This document shows positions 47,693 to 57,898 of a stretch of 64,000 nucleotides of DNA, piece after piece. Under the pieces are notes generated by a model, which did no database searches, was not told the DNA's origin, and worked only from the letters and a program-made list of their open reading frames with translations. The stretch is from assembly GCA_002410925.1 (NCBI GenBank), contig DHPR01000012.1, positions 208,643-272,642 on the forward strand, written 5' to 3'. The stretch's first letter is position 1; the number at the start of each line of letters is the position of its first letter. Both the position numbers and the translations under genes were made by a program. Origin of the DNA: a bacterium UBP13_UBA5359. Its GTDB lineage: Bacteria; UBP13; UBA5359.

Positions 47693-50600
47693 TTACCTGC
47701 TTGCCAACCTTACTCTTGCAGATAACGGCTTATCGTTTGCATCCAGTATCCTGATAGAAAAGCCGGTAGGGCCGCCGCTGTTATAGACTTTATAGAGTAT
47801 GCGGTTAAATCCCTTATTCCCTTTAAAGGTATATGTCTCTGTTTGGCAAGGATATTTGCTCTCCCCATACTCATGATTGAAAGAGATTTTCCCCCAATCA
47901 TCAGCGTAACATTTAAGCGACAGCTCCATATCCTGACTCAACTCAAGATAAAGCATCACATAGTAAACTGCCTGGTCGGAAGAGGGTAGGTTTATATCGG
48001 CTCCGTAATGGCAATTTGATAAGAGATGAAAGCTCTTCCACTCATATTGATTTTGATCCGTTTTTATAATGCCGGTATTAATAATCGTTTCCGGTGTTAC
48101 TGCCGCTTCGCCGCCCGAAGGAAGTAAAAAATCTTCAATTTGGGAAAAACCCTTATACTGCGACCTGGTTAAGTTAGGCTTAAATGGTCCCATTACGAGA
48201 AAATCTTTAACAAAACCGTTATCTAAATGCATAACAGCTTTATCGCTCCTTTTTGGGGAGGGATTTTCTTCGCTCGCTTCCTTCCCTTCAAGGGTATTTC
48301 TTTTGTTGACACGCTTCAACTTCTCTGCTGCAAATTCTTTTTTCGCTTCTTCCCAAATGGAACTAAACTTTCGTTTGTTCCCATAATAAAACATGTATGT
48401 GGTTTTCTCGCCGGCATTAAATACCAATGAATTCTTATTATTAAGAACCCATTTTTCACTCCATAAATCATAAACATCCACATCCTCAGGGAATATTATC
48501 GTTTTGGTTCCTGGTCTGGATGTATGGATCGTCAAAAAACGATCATTGGCATATATTACGTCATCAACTTCGGCATAAACATGTACCCCGGCATATTTAG
48601 CCAGAGCACGTAGTATTGAGGGTGAAACAAGCGTAGAAGAAATATACATTGACTTATACCCCGGCATATTACAAATAGCGGCACCGCATAAATTATCGGA
48701 AGAAACTGCCAGGCATGTTTCCGGGTTCTCCACGCCAAAGAAGGTATTATATCGGGGATCTGCTGTATTTTCATACAGAGATTCCTCAGCTTTTATGGCA
48801 AACATCTTTGCACAAGCCTCGGTAGCCATCAATTTACTTTTAGACGGCAAAGAAATAAATTGAAAGCCTGTCAACTCCTTCATATATTCCCTATTCATAG
48901 CCGGCTGCCTATCCGTGTTGAGCAAACCTGGAACGCCAAGCCAGATCACTAACGGATTCCCCTGAAAGACTTTACTTTTCAATAATTCCCTTTCACTTGT
49001 GGTTAAAGCCTGGGCTTGTAGAAATATATACACCTTATATCTTGGTATACGCCCATTTAACAGATCATCCAACTCATACAAGTCATAAGAAGCACCCATT
49101 CTGGATAAAGCATTGAACCTTAGATCACCGGCGGTATGCTTAAATGTATTAGCGTAGAACAGGCTTTCCTCATCGTAAATAACAGCTATCTCCGCATTAC
49201 TCTTACTGCCCGTCATAAAAACGGCTTTACTGATGTTCTGCATTCTTTCCATAGCGCTAAGAATGGAAGAATCATCATACCAATCATGCCCAAAAGTAAG
49301 GTAATAGGCATTAAGCCCTAATATATATATTTGACTGAAAGACCGCTTTAGCACCTCTATCGATTCTGCCAGATTTCCGGGCTCTTCTTTCATACCGGAA
49401 TTAGAAAGAGACGTGCGCATGTCACTCTCATTAAACCATATCTTATTATGCAGTTTCATAGTGGAGTAAGCACATCTTATTACATCATGGCCGCCTGGTT
49501 CGCGGTTTTTGTATTCAAAAGGCGCCGATAGGAAATCTACATATGGAGAGGTGTAAATAGGCTTTATGTTAAGCTTTCCATTTCTAGCATATCCATGTGG
49601 ACCGAATTCAATCTCAAATCCCGTTAGAAAGCTGTTTTCAGAAGCCTCCTTAATTACTCTTGCAAAATATAGCACTTTATCGGTAAGAACTTCATTATAG
49701 CAACGGAGAAAATCGATTACCGGCTGCATTTTTTGCGGGTTGAAACAATCTCCATCCTGATAAATATACCTACTTGTCTCCAGCGGTATTGCAATATTAT
49801 TAAAATCAGCTTCCGGATCGTTCCATGCCTTTTTAAGATTGCGGGCATCATTATATTTCTTGCGAAGAAAACCTTCGAAGGCTTGCGACATTGCATCACT
49901 ATGGTCTATCGATCTCTTGTTAATCTCTGGGCTGGCCCACCACCACCACTCTAATGTTTCTCCCATACACAACTGTATTCCGGCAACTTTATCTCCATAT
50001 GATGCAAGCCTCAAATGGTTTACCAGCCTTATCAGCGCCAGTGATATATAGTTTTTCCATGCCTCGGAAGCAAAGGAGTATACCGGCCTATGTCCTTTAA
50101 ACACAGGATCTTTTTCATAAAAATAGCAGATATCTCCGGGATGCTTTTTATAAAAATCGCTGTAACCTTTATCCGACATACCGCTTACCCGTATAATTAC
50201 TTTACCGTCCGGAATAGCAGATAACACTTTTTCAATCCTAAAATCAAGCTCTCTGAAGCTTGCTTTAAGATCATCCAAAGCCGGAAGAGGATATTGAACT
50301 AACTGAAGAACCAATCCGCAATCTCCAAGTTTTTTCAATATAGGTTTATATCCCGGCTCAGGGTCGGCATAGGCCATCGGACAATAAGACCTATTACCCA
50401 TAAAGATTGCCGGAGTATCATTTACTCTTTTGATAGTTGCTTCAGTTAGCTTTGTCCGGTCAATGCCCGAATGCACTAACGGCTTAGAATCTACAGAATC
50501 GCCAAGACCATCTTCATCAGTATCACTTGCAAAGGGCGAGGATAGTTTTATCATCTCGACGATATCGTTCAAACCATCGCCATCGGTATCCGTATCAGCT

Positions 50601-51370
50601 TTTGGATTATAAGCTGCTGGAAGTTTCCGTATCTTTCCTTCCGGGGATATGTCATTATATAGCGTCCTTATCTCGCTATTAGAGAGAACTCTTTTATAAA
50701 CTGCGTATTCATCGATCGCTGTGTCAGCTTTACCACTCACATGGTCCCACGGTGTCATTGGGCCAATTGAGAAGAACTCGCCTTGCTTGGTATTAAAAAT
50801 GGTTGCCGGCACATTGCTTTCTCTGCCTGCTTCTTCTCCATCGAAGAAGAGAGCGATTTCCCCTTTTTCCTTACTCCAGGTAACCGCCAGGTGATGCCAT
50901 TCGCCAGATTTCCATGTTGGACGAAAGCTTACACGCTTGCTCACCACTTGCTTGGCCTCTTTATCCCAGCCCCTGTAATACCAGTAAAGATCCCTGCCTT
51001 GTCCCTGGAAAAAGAAATATAGAATTCCCTTCCCTTGGGTAAAGATATGGTTATAGCCGTCACCGCTTTCCCAACCTACCGCTCTCACCCACAAACCAAC
51101 CGTGCCCTCGTCATTATAGACATTGTTCTCCGTCTCATAGTAGAGGAAAGCATCGGGATAATTGATCAGCACTCCCTTTCCCCTGATACCTTCGACAAGC
51201 GTGAAGACCTTATCGCCTTTAATGGTAGGAGCTCTGCTCCCTTGAGCCATATCAGCCTTAAGATCGTTATCGAAGGAAGCATAGAAAAGCAAATCCTTTT
51301 TAACGTCTGTGAATCCCGATGAAACGAGCAACATGACTATCATTACCGTCATTACACCTGTTCTTTTCAT
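47693..51370 (-). CDS. Large secreted multidomain glycoside-hydrolase-like protein (LamG-like + Ca-binding repeats + GH42-related core + C-terminal beta domain)
   Basis: Signal peptide; GTVGLWV...WHHLAVTW...IDEYAVY (LamG); DTDGDGLND/DTDEDGLGD; GETLEW, VDFLSAP, NESD.RT, EIAVIYD, AKYAGVHVY. Confidence 0.72.
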   Translation of the reverse strand: MKRTGVMTVMIVMLLVSSGFTDVKKDLLFYASFDNDLKADMAQGSRAPTIKGDKVFTLVEGIRGKGVLINYPDAFLYYETENNVYNDEGTVGLWVRAVGWESGDGYNHIFTQGKGILYFFFQGQGRDLYWYYRGWDKEAKQVVSKRVSFRPTWKSGEWHHLAVTWSKEKGEIALFFDGEEAGRESNVPATIFNTKQGEFFSIGPMTPWDHVSGKADTAIDEYAVYKRVLSNSEIRTLYNDISPEGKIRKLPAAYNPKADTDTDGDGLNDIVEMIKLSSPFASDTDEDGLGDSVDSKPLVHSGIDRTKLTEATIKRVNDTPAIFMGNRSYCPMAYADPEPGYKPILKKLGDCGLVLQLVQYPLPALDDLKASFRELDFRIEKVLSAIPDGKVIIRVSGMSDKGYSDFYKKHPGDICYFYEKDPVFKGHRPVYSFASEAWKNYISLALIRLVNHLRLASYGDKVAGIQLCMGETLEWWWWASPEINKRSIDHSDAMSQAFEGFLRKKYNDARNLKKAWNDPEADFNNIAIPLETSRYIYQDGDCFNPQKMQPVIDFLRCYNEVLTDKVLYFARVIKEASENSFLTGFEIEFGPHGYARNGKLNIKPIYTSPYVDFLSAPFEYKNREPGGHDVIRCAYSTMKLHNKIWFNESDMRTSLSNSGMKEEPGNLAESIEVLKRSFSQIYILGLNAYYLTFGHDWYDDSSILSAMERMQNISKAVFMTGSKSNAEIAVIYDEESLFYANTFKHTAGDLRFNALSRMGASYDLYELDDLLNGRIPRYKVYIFLQAQALTTSERELLKSKVFQGNPLVIWLGVPGLLNTDRQPAMNREYMKELTGFQFISLPSKSKLMATEACAKMFAIKAEESLYENTADPRYNTFFGVENPETCLAVSSDNLCGAAICNMPGYKSMYISSTLVSPSILRALAKYAGVHVYAEVDDVIYANDRFLTIHTSRPGTKTIIFPEDVDVYDLWSEKWVLNNKNSLVFNAGEKTTYMFYYGNKRKFSSIWEEAKKEFAAEKLKRVNKRNTLEGKEASEENPSPKRSDKAVMHLDNGFVKDFLVMGPFKPNLTRSQYKGFSQIEDFLLPSGGEAAVTPETIINTGIIKTDQNQYEWKSFHLLSNCHYGADINLPSSDQAVYYVMLYLELSQDMELSLKCYADDWGKISFNHEYGESKYPCQTETYTFKGNKGFNRILYKVYNSGGPTGFSIRILDANDKPLSARVRLASR

Positions 51371-51400
51371 TTTACTTTCCTCCATTCAGCAAAATGGCTT

Positions 51401-52135
51401 TTAATTTATTTTCCACAGGTTCTTCGGTGATATCGTGTGAGACCAAGGCATCCATTGAACATGCCCATCACAGAAAGCCCAGTTGTTTCCACCGGAATGA
51501 TAACCCGCTTTGCCGGCATCGTTACTCAGGGTGCCGTTTTGAACCGTGTACTCGTATGAATAGCCCGCATTATAACATTTTCCACTCTGCGCTCCCACGC
51601 CGACACAATTATTGCTGTGATGATGTTCGATTAGTAATATAGTTGAAGTTGCATCGGCAATCTCCGCCATTGACCGGCCGCCTTTTTTACTGTCGACATT
51701 AGCGTCGTCACTGGATTTATCTATTACGGCTATGTTAACAGCATAGCTATTACGAGCATAATTGCTGGGATATACCCAGTCTGCCATAATCTTACTGTCT
51801 GACGGACATAAAAAAACCGAATTATCTTTCCACCCACTCAGCTTAAAGCCAACATAGGGAGCGATCAGCATTTGCCAGGTCGGCCTCTCATTATTGTTCA
51901 GATAAAGCCACCAAGGAAATTTTTCATCGTAATCTTGTACATACATTAACAGCCCTGCACTCAACTGTTTCATATTATTCGCACAGGTAGTTTGCCTGGC
52001 TTTTTCCCTGGCTTTTCCAAAAACGGGAAATAGAATGGATGCTAATAATGATATTATGGCAATCACCACTAATAATTCAATAAGCGTAAATCCTTCCTTC
52101 TTGCACACACCGGTTTTAGCTTTACAGATCATCAT
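51401..52135 (-). CDS. Prepilin-type H-X9-DG (DUF1559-like) protein, copy 2
   Basis: [64 protein letters not shown] before ATG 52135. Confidence 0.93.
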   Translation of the reverse strand: MMICKAKTGVCKKEGFTLIELLVVIAIISLLASILFPVFGKAREKARQTTCANNMKQLSAGLLMYVQDYDEKFPWWLYLNNNERPTWQMLIAPYVGFKLSGWKDNSVFLCPSDSKIMADWVYPSNYARNSYAVNIAVIDKSSDDANVDSKKGGRSMAEIADATSTILLIEHHHSNNCVGVGAQSGKCYNAGYSYEYTVQNGTLSNDAGKAGYHSGGNNWAFCDGHVQWMPWSHTISPKNLWKIN

Positions 52136-52256
52136 TACTAACGCCTCCCTGCTCTGCATTTATTAATCAGATATTAAACAAATATCGGATATTCGCTAAT
52201 AGATATTAAAACGGACACTGCTATACGCTGCTCTATCCCTTTCAAAATAAGATCTT

Positions 52257-53282
52257 CTACCGCTGGGAACTCTCTCTGATCACCAGCGATATAGGCACTT
52301 CGACCTGGACAGTTTCATTAATGGAGCCCTCTATAATCTTCCGAATCATTTTAATAGCTGTTTTAGCTATTAAAGCATTATTTAAATCTATACTGGATAA
52401 TTGTGGATAAGTACATCCGCAAATTTCAATATTATCACAGCCTATCACGGCCACATCATCAGGAACCTTGATTCCATTCCTCGATAATTCCGCAAGTAAA
52501 ATAGCAGCCTGGCTGTCATTATAGGCCAGAACGCCTTCGGGAATACTACCTGATCGAATAAATTTCCGAGCAAGCTCTACTTTCTGCTCAATATTAGGAA
52601 GTGGAGATTTACTGAAAAACACCTGCGGTTCCGCCTGATTGCATGCCCTCAGATAATCGGTAAAACCTTTTACAGCAGGCAATTCATTATAGCCGCCCAG
52701 AAAACCGAAGCTTCGACACCCTATATCCACCAGATGGCGAGCTGCTAATCTGCCTACCTTTATGCTGTTATGAGAAATCGAATGCAATTCACTATGCAGC
52801 CTTCCTCCGTAATGTAACAATTTAAGGTTATAAGGCGGATTGGAGTATTTGCGATATCTTTCTATGCTGCCGTCAATAGAGGCGAGAGTGATAGCAGCAT
52901 CTACCCGGCCATCCCGCATAAGATCGAGATAATACTCTTCCATCGCGGGATCACCGTTTGTGATGTACGGCGTGATTTCCAGGTTATTACTACGAGCTTC
53001 CCGTATCAGATCTCTAACTAACGGCAGGATAAAGGGGGCCAATATATGTACAACTAAACCGATACTATCACTTTTACCAAAGAAAAGATCCTTTGCCTTC
53101 TTCTGTGGAACATAACCTAATTCTTCCGCCACTTGCATTATTTTCAGTTGTGTAGCCGGGCGAATACCTACATCGTCTGCTTTACCGGAGAGAACCATCG
53201 ATACTGTTGATGCGGCAAAGCCGCTTGCTTTGGCGACTTTATGCAAGGTGGGCCTGTTTATCTGAACCGTTTTAGATTTCAT
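52257..53282 (-). CDS. LacI-family transcriptional regulator
   Basis: TLHKVAKASGFAASTVSMVL, LGYVP, VPDDVAVIGCD, PQLSSI, LVIRES. Confidence 0.94.
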   Translation of the reverse strand: MKSKTVQINRPTLHKVAKASGFAASTVSMVLSGKADDVGIRPATQLKIMQVAEELGYVPQKKAKDLFFGKSDSIGLVVHILAPFILPLVRDLIREARSNNLEITPYITNGDPAMEEYYLDLMRDGRVDAAITLASIDGSIERYRKYSNPPYNLKLLHYGGRLHSELHSISHNSIKVGRLAARHLVDIGCRSFGFLGGYNELPAVKGFTDYLRACNQAEPQVFFSKSPLPNIEQKVELARKFIRSGSIPEGVLAYNDSQAAILLAELSRNGIKVPDDVAVIGCDNIEICGCTYPQLSSIDLNNALIAKTAIKMIRKIIEGSINETVQVEVPISLVIRESSQR

Positions 53283-53288
53283 GTTTGC

Positions 53289-53317
53289 ATTGTATCATTA
53301 CAACCAAGCGCTGTCAA
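53289..53317 (-). promoter_or_regulatory. Sigma70 promoter 6 nt before LacI start (leaderless); AGCGCT LacI-like core next to the -35
   Basis: TTGACA-gcgcttggttgtaatga(17)-TACAAT-gcaaac-ATG. Confidence 0.72.
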
Positions 53318-53467
53318 CGCTGTGAATTGCCTTGCAAAAAGCCTACTTGAAATGACCCTTGAAATAGATTTTTAATGATACTTTCTACGCTATGCTCTGG
53401 GGAGATTTAAGAGGATATACCTAAAATCATCTCTTGGGGTTATTATCTTAGCAATTAATGACTGTCA

Positions 53468-54223
53468 TTATGCATTCAGTCCTATTTCAGAAGCGGCTTC
53501 GAGAATCCGTTCTATCGCCTGGTCCTCCTGTAAAGAGCCCTTGCTGCCGGCCGCTTTAGAAAACGACAAGCCTATCGCCGCTACGAAACTGTTCTTATTA
53601 TTAAAGATTGGAGCAGACACTGAAAAAACAGCACTCTTTTCAACATGAAGGCTGGCATAACCCCGGCGCCTGATGGAACCGATAGCCTGCTCCAGTTGCG
53701 CTTCATCTTTCCACAAGGGTAATCCGAATTCCCATAACGGATAACGCCTCATGTAAGCCGCTCTGGCATGATCTGACCAGAATGCGAGAAATATCAGGCT
53801 GATAGATGTCCTGAACGGAGCCACAACACGGTTGTTATGCTGAATGTTTCCCGGACGGTCAGGGCTCAACCGTAACGCAGCGATGATTTCACCGCCTATA
53901 TCTTCAGCCAGCGTTATAGTAGCTTCCGGCATATCTTGTGAAAGCTGCTGCATCTTTTCCGAGGCAATCTTAAGCAGCGTACGTTTATATTGCATATTTA
54001 TCAATTCCTGCAAAGAGAAACCAAGCCTGTATTTTACAGGCCCGGTTGATTTAGACAGATACCCCTTTGCCAGCAGTGTTCTGGCCAGATTATGAGCAGT
54101 AGAAGCCTGTAGGCCCAATTGATCGGATAATTGCTGTAACGTCAGGCCGTCCTCAGAACGAGCAACCACTTCCAAAATATCCAAACTTCTTACTACCGAT
54201 TGTATAAGATCGCTGTTAGCCAC
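53468..54223 (-). CDS. IclR-family transcriptional regulator
   Basis: IQSVVRSLDILE, LGLQASTAHNLARTL...GYL, YRLG, RRRGYA, VSAPIF. Confidence 0.9.
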   Translation of the reverse strand: MANSDLIQSVVRSLDILEVVARSEDGLTLQQLSDQLGLQASTAHNLARTLLAKGYLSKSTGPVKYRLGFSLQELINMQYKRTLLKIASEKMQQLSQDMPEATITLAEDIGGEIIAALRLSPDRPGNIQHNNRVVAPFRTSISLIFLAFWSDHARAAYMRRYPLWEFGLPLWKDEAQLEQAIGSIRRRGYASLHVEKSAVFSVSAPIFNNKNSFVAAIGLSFSKAAGSKGSLQEDQAIERILEAASEIGLNA

Positions 54224-54270
54224 ACTTAATCACCTTATATATACTTATTATATACTAACTATACTATTAT

Positions 54271-54294
54271 ATTATCTATAGCAAGTCCAGTGCC
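54271..54294 (+). repeat. 24-bp direct repeat copy A (duplicate of the 3' end of hydrolase gene 62145-63137)
   Basis: attatctatagcaagtccagtgcc vs 62140-62163 attatctatagcaagtccaatgcc (23/24). Confidence 0.85.
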
Positions 54295-54324
54295 CTCCAT
54301 TCGAAGGTAGATACGGCAACGCAA

Positions 54325-54790
54325 TCAGAGAAATGAAGCTGGCTCACCAGCAGCCTCTGTTTCTACCTCAAGGATACAAAATTCTATTTTCACCCACTCT
54401 ATTCGCACCAGATGCCCCGGCGCTGTTGCTTCATAGCCATACATCTGCTCGCGTCTCAATTCCTTCACCATTTTCATCTTTTCCTGATGAATCGCTCTTA
54501 TCCGCTGCATCCGCTCCTGATACCACCGAAAATTCTCCAGCAATGGCTCCAGCCACTCTACATAGCCAAGTTTTACTCATCGCCATACCGGCTTTCCCTC
54601 TACCGTTCGTATCAACGCAGGATACTTGTGCTCTTTGCTCTTGCCCTGCCTATGCCAAATCATTTTGCCTCCTACCATCTTAGGCAGTTTCATCATTCCT
54701 TCCAGCAGAGCTTCCTCTTCTTCTCTTAACCAATGCAAACGCTACTTGATCCGTGCATATTCCGACTTTTTCGCTTGTTCCTTAGCCTTT
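54325..54790 (-). pseudogene. Degraded ORF with two in-frame stops, possibly an IS-associated accessory protein (DUF6788-like)
   Basis: One frame reads ...RIK*RLHWLREEEEALL...KYPALIRTVEGKPVWR*VKLGYVEWLEPLLENFRWYQERMQRIRAIH...; TAG at 54742-54744, TGA at 54577-54579. Confidence 0.5.
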
Positions 54791-54999
54791 TATGCTTGGT
54801 GAATAGCCAAATAACTATCATTATGCCAATACCTTTTCCCTATAAACTTTTACCCCCTCTTGACAGAGGGAGCAAAATGCCCAAACCCTTTTATTTGCAG
54901 CTTCTCTCTTCCCCTTCGCTTCTATTTCCTGTTTCAGAGAGTTCGCGCTGCCCGGGCAAGGATGCCATACCGATATGTGCTGCCCGTCTTAAACGGTCC

Positions 55000-57834
55000 C
55001 TACTCCTTTTCCCGAAGCTTTACACCGGTAAACCACTCCAGAACACCACGAGCAAGGAGGGCGTTGAAACCGGTGAGCGGAGCTTCCTTATCTCCGCTGT
55101 CTATATTTATATTGCCGTCGAAGAGCACTTTGCCGCTGCCGGCCAGGCCTAGCACAACTACCGAATTGCCATCTTTATCGGCAACCACCGTTACCCCTTG
55201 CGGTCCCGGAGAAAGAAGGAGGTGATCATAGTACATATGCTCCATACCTTTGCCGGCCGGCAAGCCGCCGACTGCAGAATGTGCGGCCCGTATCACCAAC
55301 TCTCTATCATCCTTGCGACCGAGGGCATCGACGCATATTTCAGGGAACGGAGTTGTTCTCCCGAATGGTGACCTCTCGAAACCACAAAGGTCATGCTGCA
55401 GTACTAACCCTCGGCCGCCTTCGATTACGTAACGGCGCAGATTCTTAAGGTAATCATCCCTGGAAATAGATTTGCTCTGAAAGACAAAGACGCAGTCGTA
55501 CTTGTCGAGCGCCGACAGGGAGAGAGAATCGATAATTTCAGCCTTTACATTGGCAAAACCGTCCAGATACTCTTTGGTGCCCACGGCCCCCAGTCCATTA
55601 TAGAGGCCTACCCTAATCGTCTCCTTTACAACTCTGGGCTTGAGGCTTACCTTTAATGACAGTCTTCTCTCCCGCAGCATCTTCCTGATCTCTTCAGGAG
55701 AGATCCTGATATCCCCCTTTTTGCCGATCGGGCTGCCGGCAACGATATCAGGTTCGTTTGCAGAAGCTTTGAGCACTTTTTCGGCATGCCCCCAATCACG
55801 CTCAAACTCTGCCGCCGCTTCGTCGATCAGATCTGCGGCTTCCTTTGCTTTGCCCTTATCCGCCAGAGCCCCGGCCGCATAAACTGCGTAACGGGCTTCA
55901 GCGATCATATGCCACAAAGGCATGCGCTTATAGTAGTATATGAATGTCTTTCGTCTGTACTTATCCAGCGTGCCTATATACGGATAGGCTGCGTCCAATG
56001 CCGCCATGGCGGTTGAAGTGGCTTTGACCTGCGCAGCCATACGCTCGGGTCCGTCAATGAGGTCGGGGTATTTCTGAAAGGCTATATCCTTGGGGGCCGT
56101 ATTATCCGGGTCAACATCGGCCAGCGGAGTGCGCCTGTATTTGTTGGCCAGAAACATGCCTCTACCCGGATCGGTAATATAGAGATTCAGCACTCCCGAC
56201 GAGAAGACAGGGACTATTCTGCTGCCGACCTCCTGCCCGAAGAATGCCTTGCAGGCCCGTGGCAGCCATTCCTCCATAATCACCCGCGGTTCCCTGTGAT
56301 CACGCTCGGCATCATAGTACCATCCTTTGAAGGTTTCGCTGCCGGGAGCGGATGTATTCCAGGTATATTCAGCCGAACAGATGGCGCTCATCCATGCTTC
56401 GTAAAGGTCATATCCGCCTTCGAGGAGAAATATATCACCGGTATTGCCATCGAAATTACTGCCGTTAAGCCTGTGCCAGGTACCGAAATATCCAAGGGGC
56501 ACAAAACTGTGAGCATAGACGGTCATGGCACGACCGGAGAAGTAATGGCGATATTCCCGCGCTTCTCCCGGCAAGGCCATCCAGGTCATGGGCATTAAAC
56601 CGCTGTCCGCCCCCTTATGGACGTTGTGCCAGTAATCCAAAGAATTCTTTCTCCAAATGCTTTCGCTGATTCCTGTAAACCGGCTGAAATCCGTATAACG
56701 GGCATTATATGGATAGATACATGAAGTGATCGTTACTTCGGAAGCCTTGGCAGCGAAGATCTCGGACCAGAGATTGAACTGATGCACACTGCCTTTCCAG
56801 CGATCGTTGCCGAAGCTCTGCCGGCAGAGCCTGCAGCGTGTGCTCCAGCTCTCCGGATCTGCGGCCCCTCCTCCATCAACGGGATGCAGAAACATCATCT
56901 TGAAATGGCATTCGCGGAAGAAATCAGCCGTCCTGCCTATCTTTTCTCTGGCCAGGTCGTCACGGGACCAGCAGTAGTAACAGCCGCCGTCCCCACTCTT
57001 GTAGACGCAATCCCAGTCTTTGAATTCCGGCCTCTCCTTGTCCAGGACACCCCAGCCCAGGTAGGTACTCTCCCACTTGGCCGGGTATATGCCCCTTTCG
57101 ATGGCATAATCATTTATTCTTCTGATAAACGCTCTCTCCCCGGGAGGGATCTTTCTGACATCTCCTCCCCAGGCATCAAAGAGGACATTCATCTTAAAAC
57201 GAAGGGTCCAGTCAATGGCAGCTTTGTAGGCCGCCTCCCTGGCGAACGAGGTCTCTCCCTGCGCCCAATTTCCCAGCCTCCTTACAAGCGGAGCATTGGA
57301 GCGGTAACGATAGTCAGGTTTATCATAGACCCTGGCTGCCTGCAGAACTACATCCTTCCCGTTTTGCTGAAGCATCTGCCTTAGCGTCATGGCGCCGTAG
57401 AGGGTGCCGATATTATCGCTGCCGATGATGGCCAGACGCTTTCCAGCAATATCGGTATCCATAACATAACCCTGGGGGCCGGGGTCTTTTTCCGTAACCT
57501 TCAGAGAAATGCTCTTTATCAAAGCGTTAACACGACTGTTTTGCACAGGAAGAATGTAAATGCCGGGTTTGCTTGTATTTTCAGCCCTTTCAATTGGAAG
57601 TTCCTTTCCACTCAATTCGTGTATGCGCTTGTTAATCTCTTCAGCGGCAAGACGGCATTGGGGATTGCCCATATCGGTGAATATGCGGCAATCTGCCGTA
57701 TCAAAGACGACTCCAAGGCTCTTGTACAGCTTGGGCATGGGTACTAAGTTCGGTGTTCCGGCGTCAGCCCCGGATCCGAAGAAGATAATAGCCATCAACA
57801 AAACGGCCATCATATGAAAATAACAGGTTTTCAT
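55000..57834 (-). CDS. Secreted protein with GH20-type N-terminal (zincin-like) domain, GH84/GH20-like barrel and C-terminal GATase-like domain
   Basis: Signal peptide; LVPMPK, PQGYVM, IIGSDNIGTLYGAMTLRQM, VYDKPDYRYR; AEYTWN; LDKYDCVFV...YVIEGG...GSGKVLF. Confidence 0.72.
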   Translation of the reverse strand: MKTCYFHMMAVLLMAIIFFGSGADAGTPNLVPMPKLYKSLGVVFDTADCRIFTDMGNPQCRLAAEEINKRIHELSGKELPIERAENTSKPGIYILPVQNSRVNALIKSISLKVTEKDPGPQGYVMDTDIAGKRLAIIGSDNIGTLYGAMTLRQMLQQNGKDVVLQAARVYDKPDYRYRSNAPLVRRLGNWAQGETSFAREAAYKAAIDWTLRFKMNVLFDAWGGDVRKIPPGERAFIRRINDYAIERGIYPAKWESTYLGWGVLDKERPEFKDWDCVYKSGDGGCYYCWSRDDLAREKIGRTADFFRECHFKMMFLHPVDGGGAADPESWSTRCRLCRQSFGNDRWKGSVHQFNLWSEIFAAKASEVTITSCIYPYNARYTDFSRFTGISESIWRKNSLDYWHNVHKGADSGLMPMTWMALPGEAREYRHYFSGRAMTVYAHSFVPLGYFGTWHRLNGSNFDGNTGDIFLLEGGYDLYEAWMSAICSAEYTWNTSAPGSETFKGWYYDAERDHREPRVIMEEWLPRACKAFFGQEVGSRIVPVFSSGVLNLYITDPGRGMFLANKYRRTPLADVDPDNTAPKDIAFQKYPDLIDGPERMAAQVKATSTAMAALDAAYPYIGTLDKYRRKTFIYYYKRMPLWHMIAEARYAVYAAGALADKGKAKEAADLIDEAAAEFERDWGHAEKVLKASANEPDIVAGSPIGKKGDIRISPEEIRKMLRERRLSLKVSLKPRVVKETIRVGLYNGLGAVGTKEYLDGFANVKAEIIDSLSLSALDKYDCVFVFQSKSISRDDYLKNLRRYVIEGGRGLVLQHDLCGFERSPFGRTTPFPEICVDALGRKDDRELVIRAAHSAVGGLPAGKGMEHMYYDHLLLSPGPQGVTVVADKDGNSVVVLGLAGSGKVLFDGNINIDSGDKEAPLTGFNALLARGVLEWFTGVKLREKE

Positions 57835-57898
57835 GATAATCCCAACCTCCTTGCACCGTCACTGTCAAAAACGGCTCTCTCTAATTTACCGAGGCATA

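Noticed and set aside
52165-52211. agatattaaac direct repeat between LacI and prepilin 2
   Set aside because: Only 11 bp in AT-rich DNA and not palindromic like LacI operators; could be chance
54577-54744. In-frame TGA/TAG as possible selenocysteine, pyrrolysine or recoding
   Set aside because: Two different stops in one short frame, and all three stop codons terminate normal genes in this window; pseudogenisation is simpler
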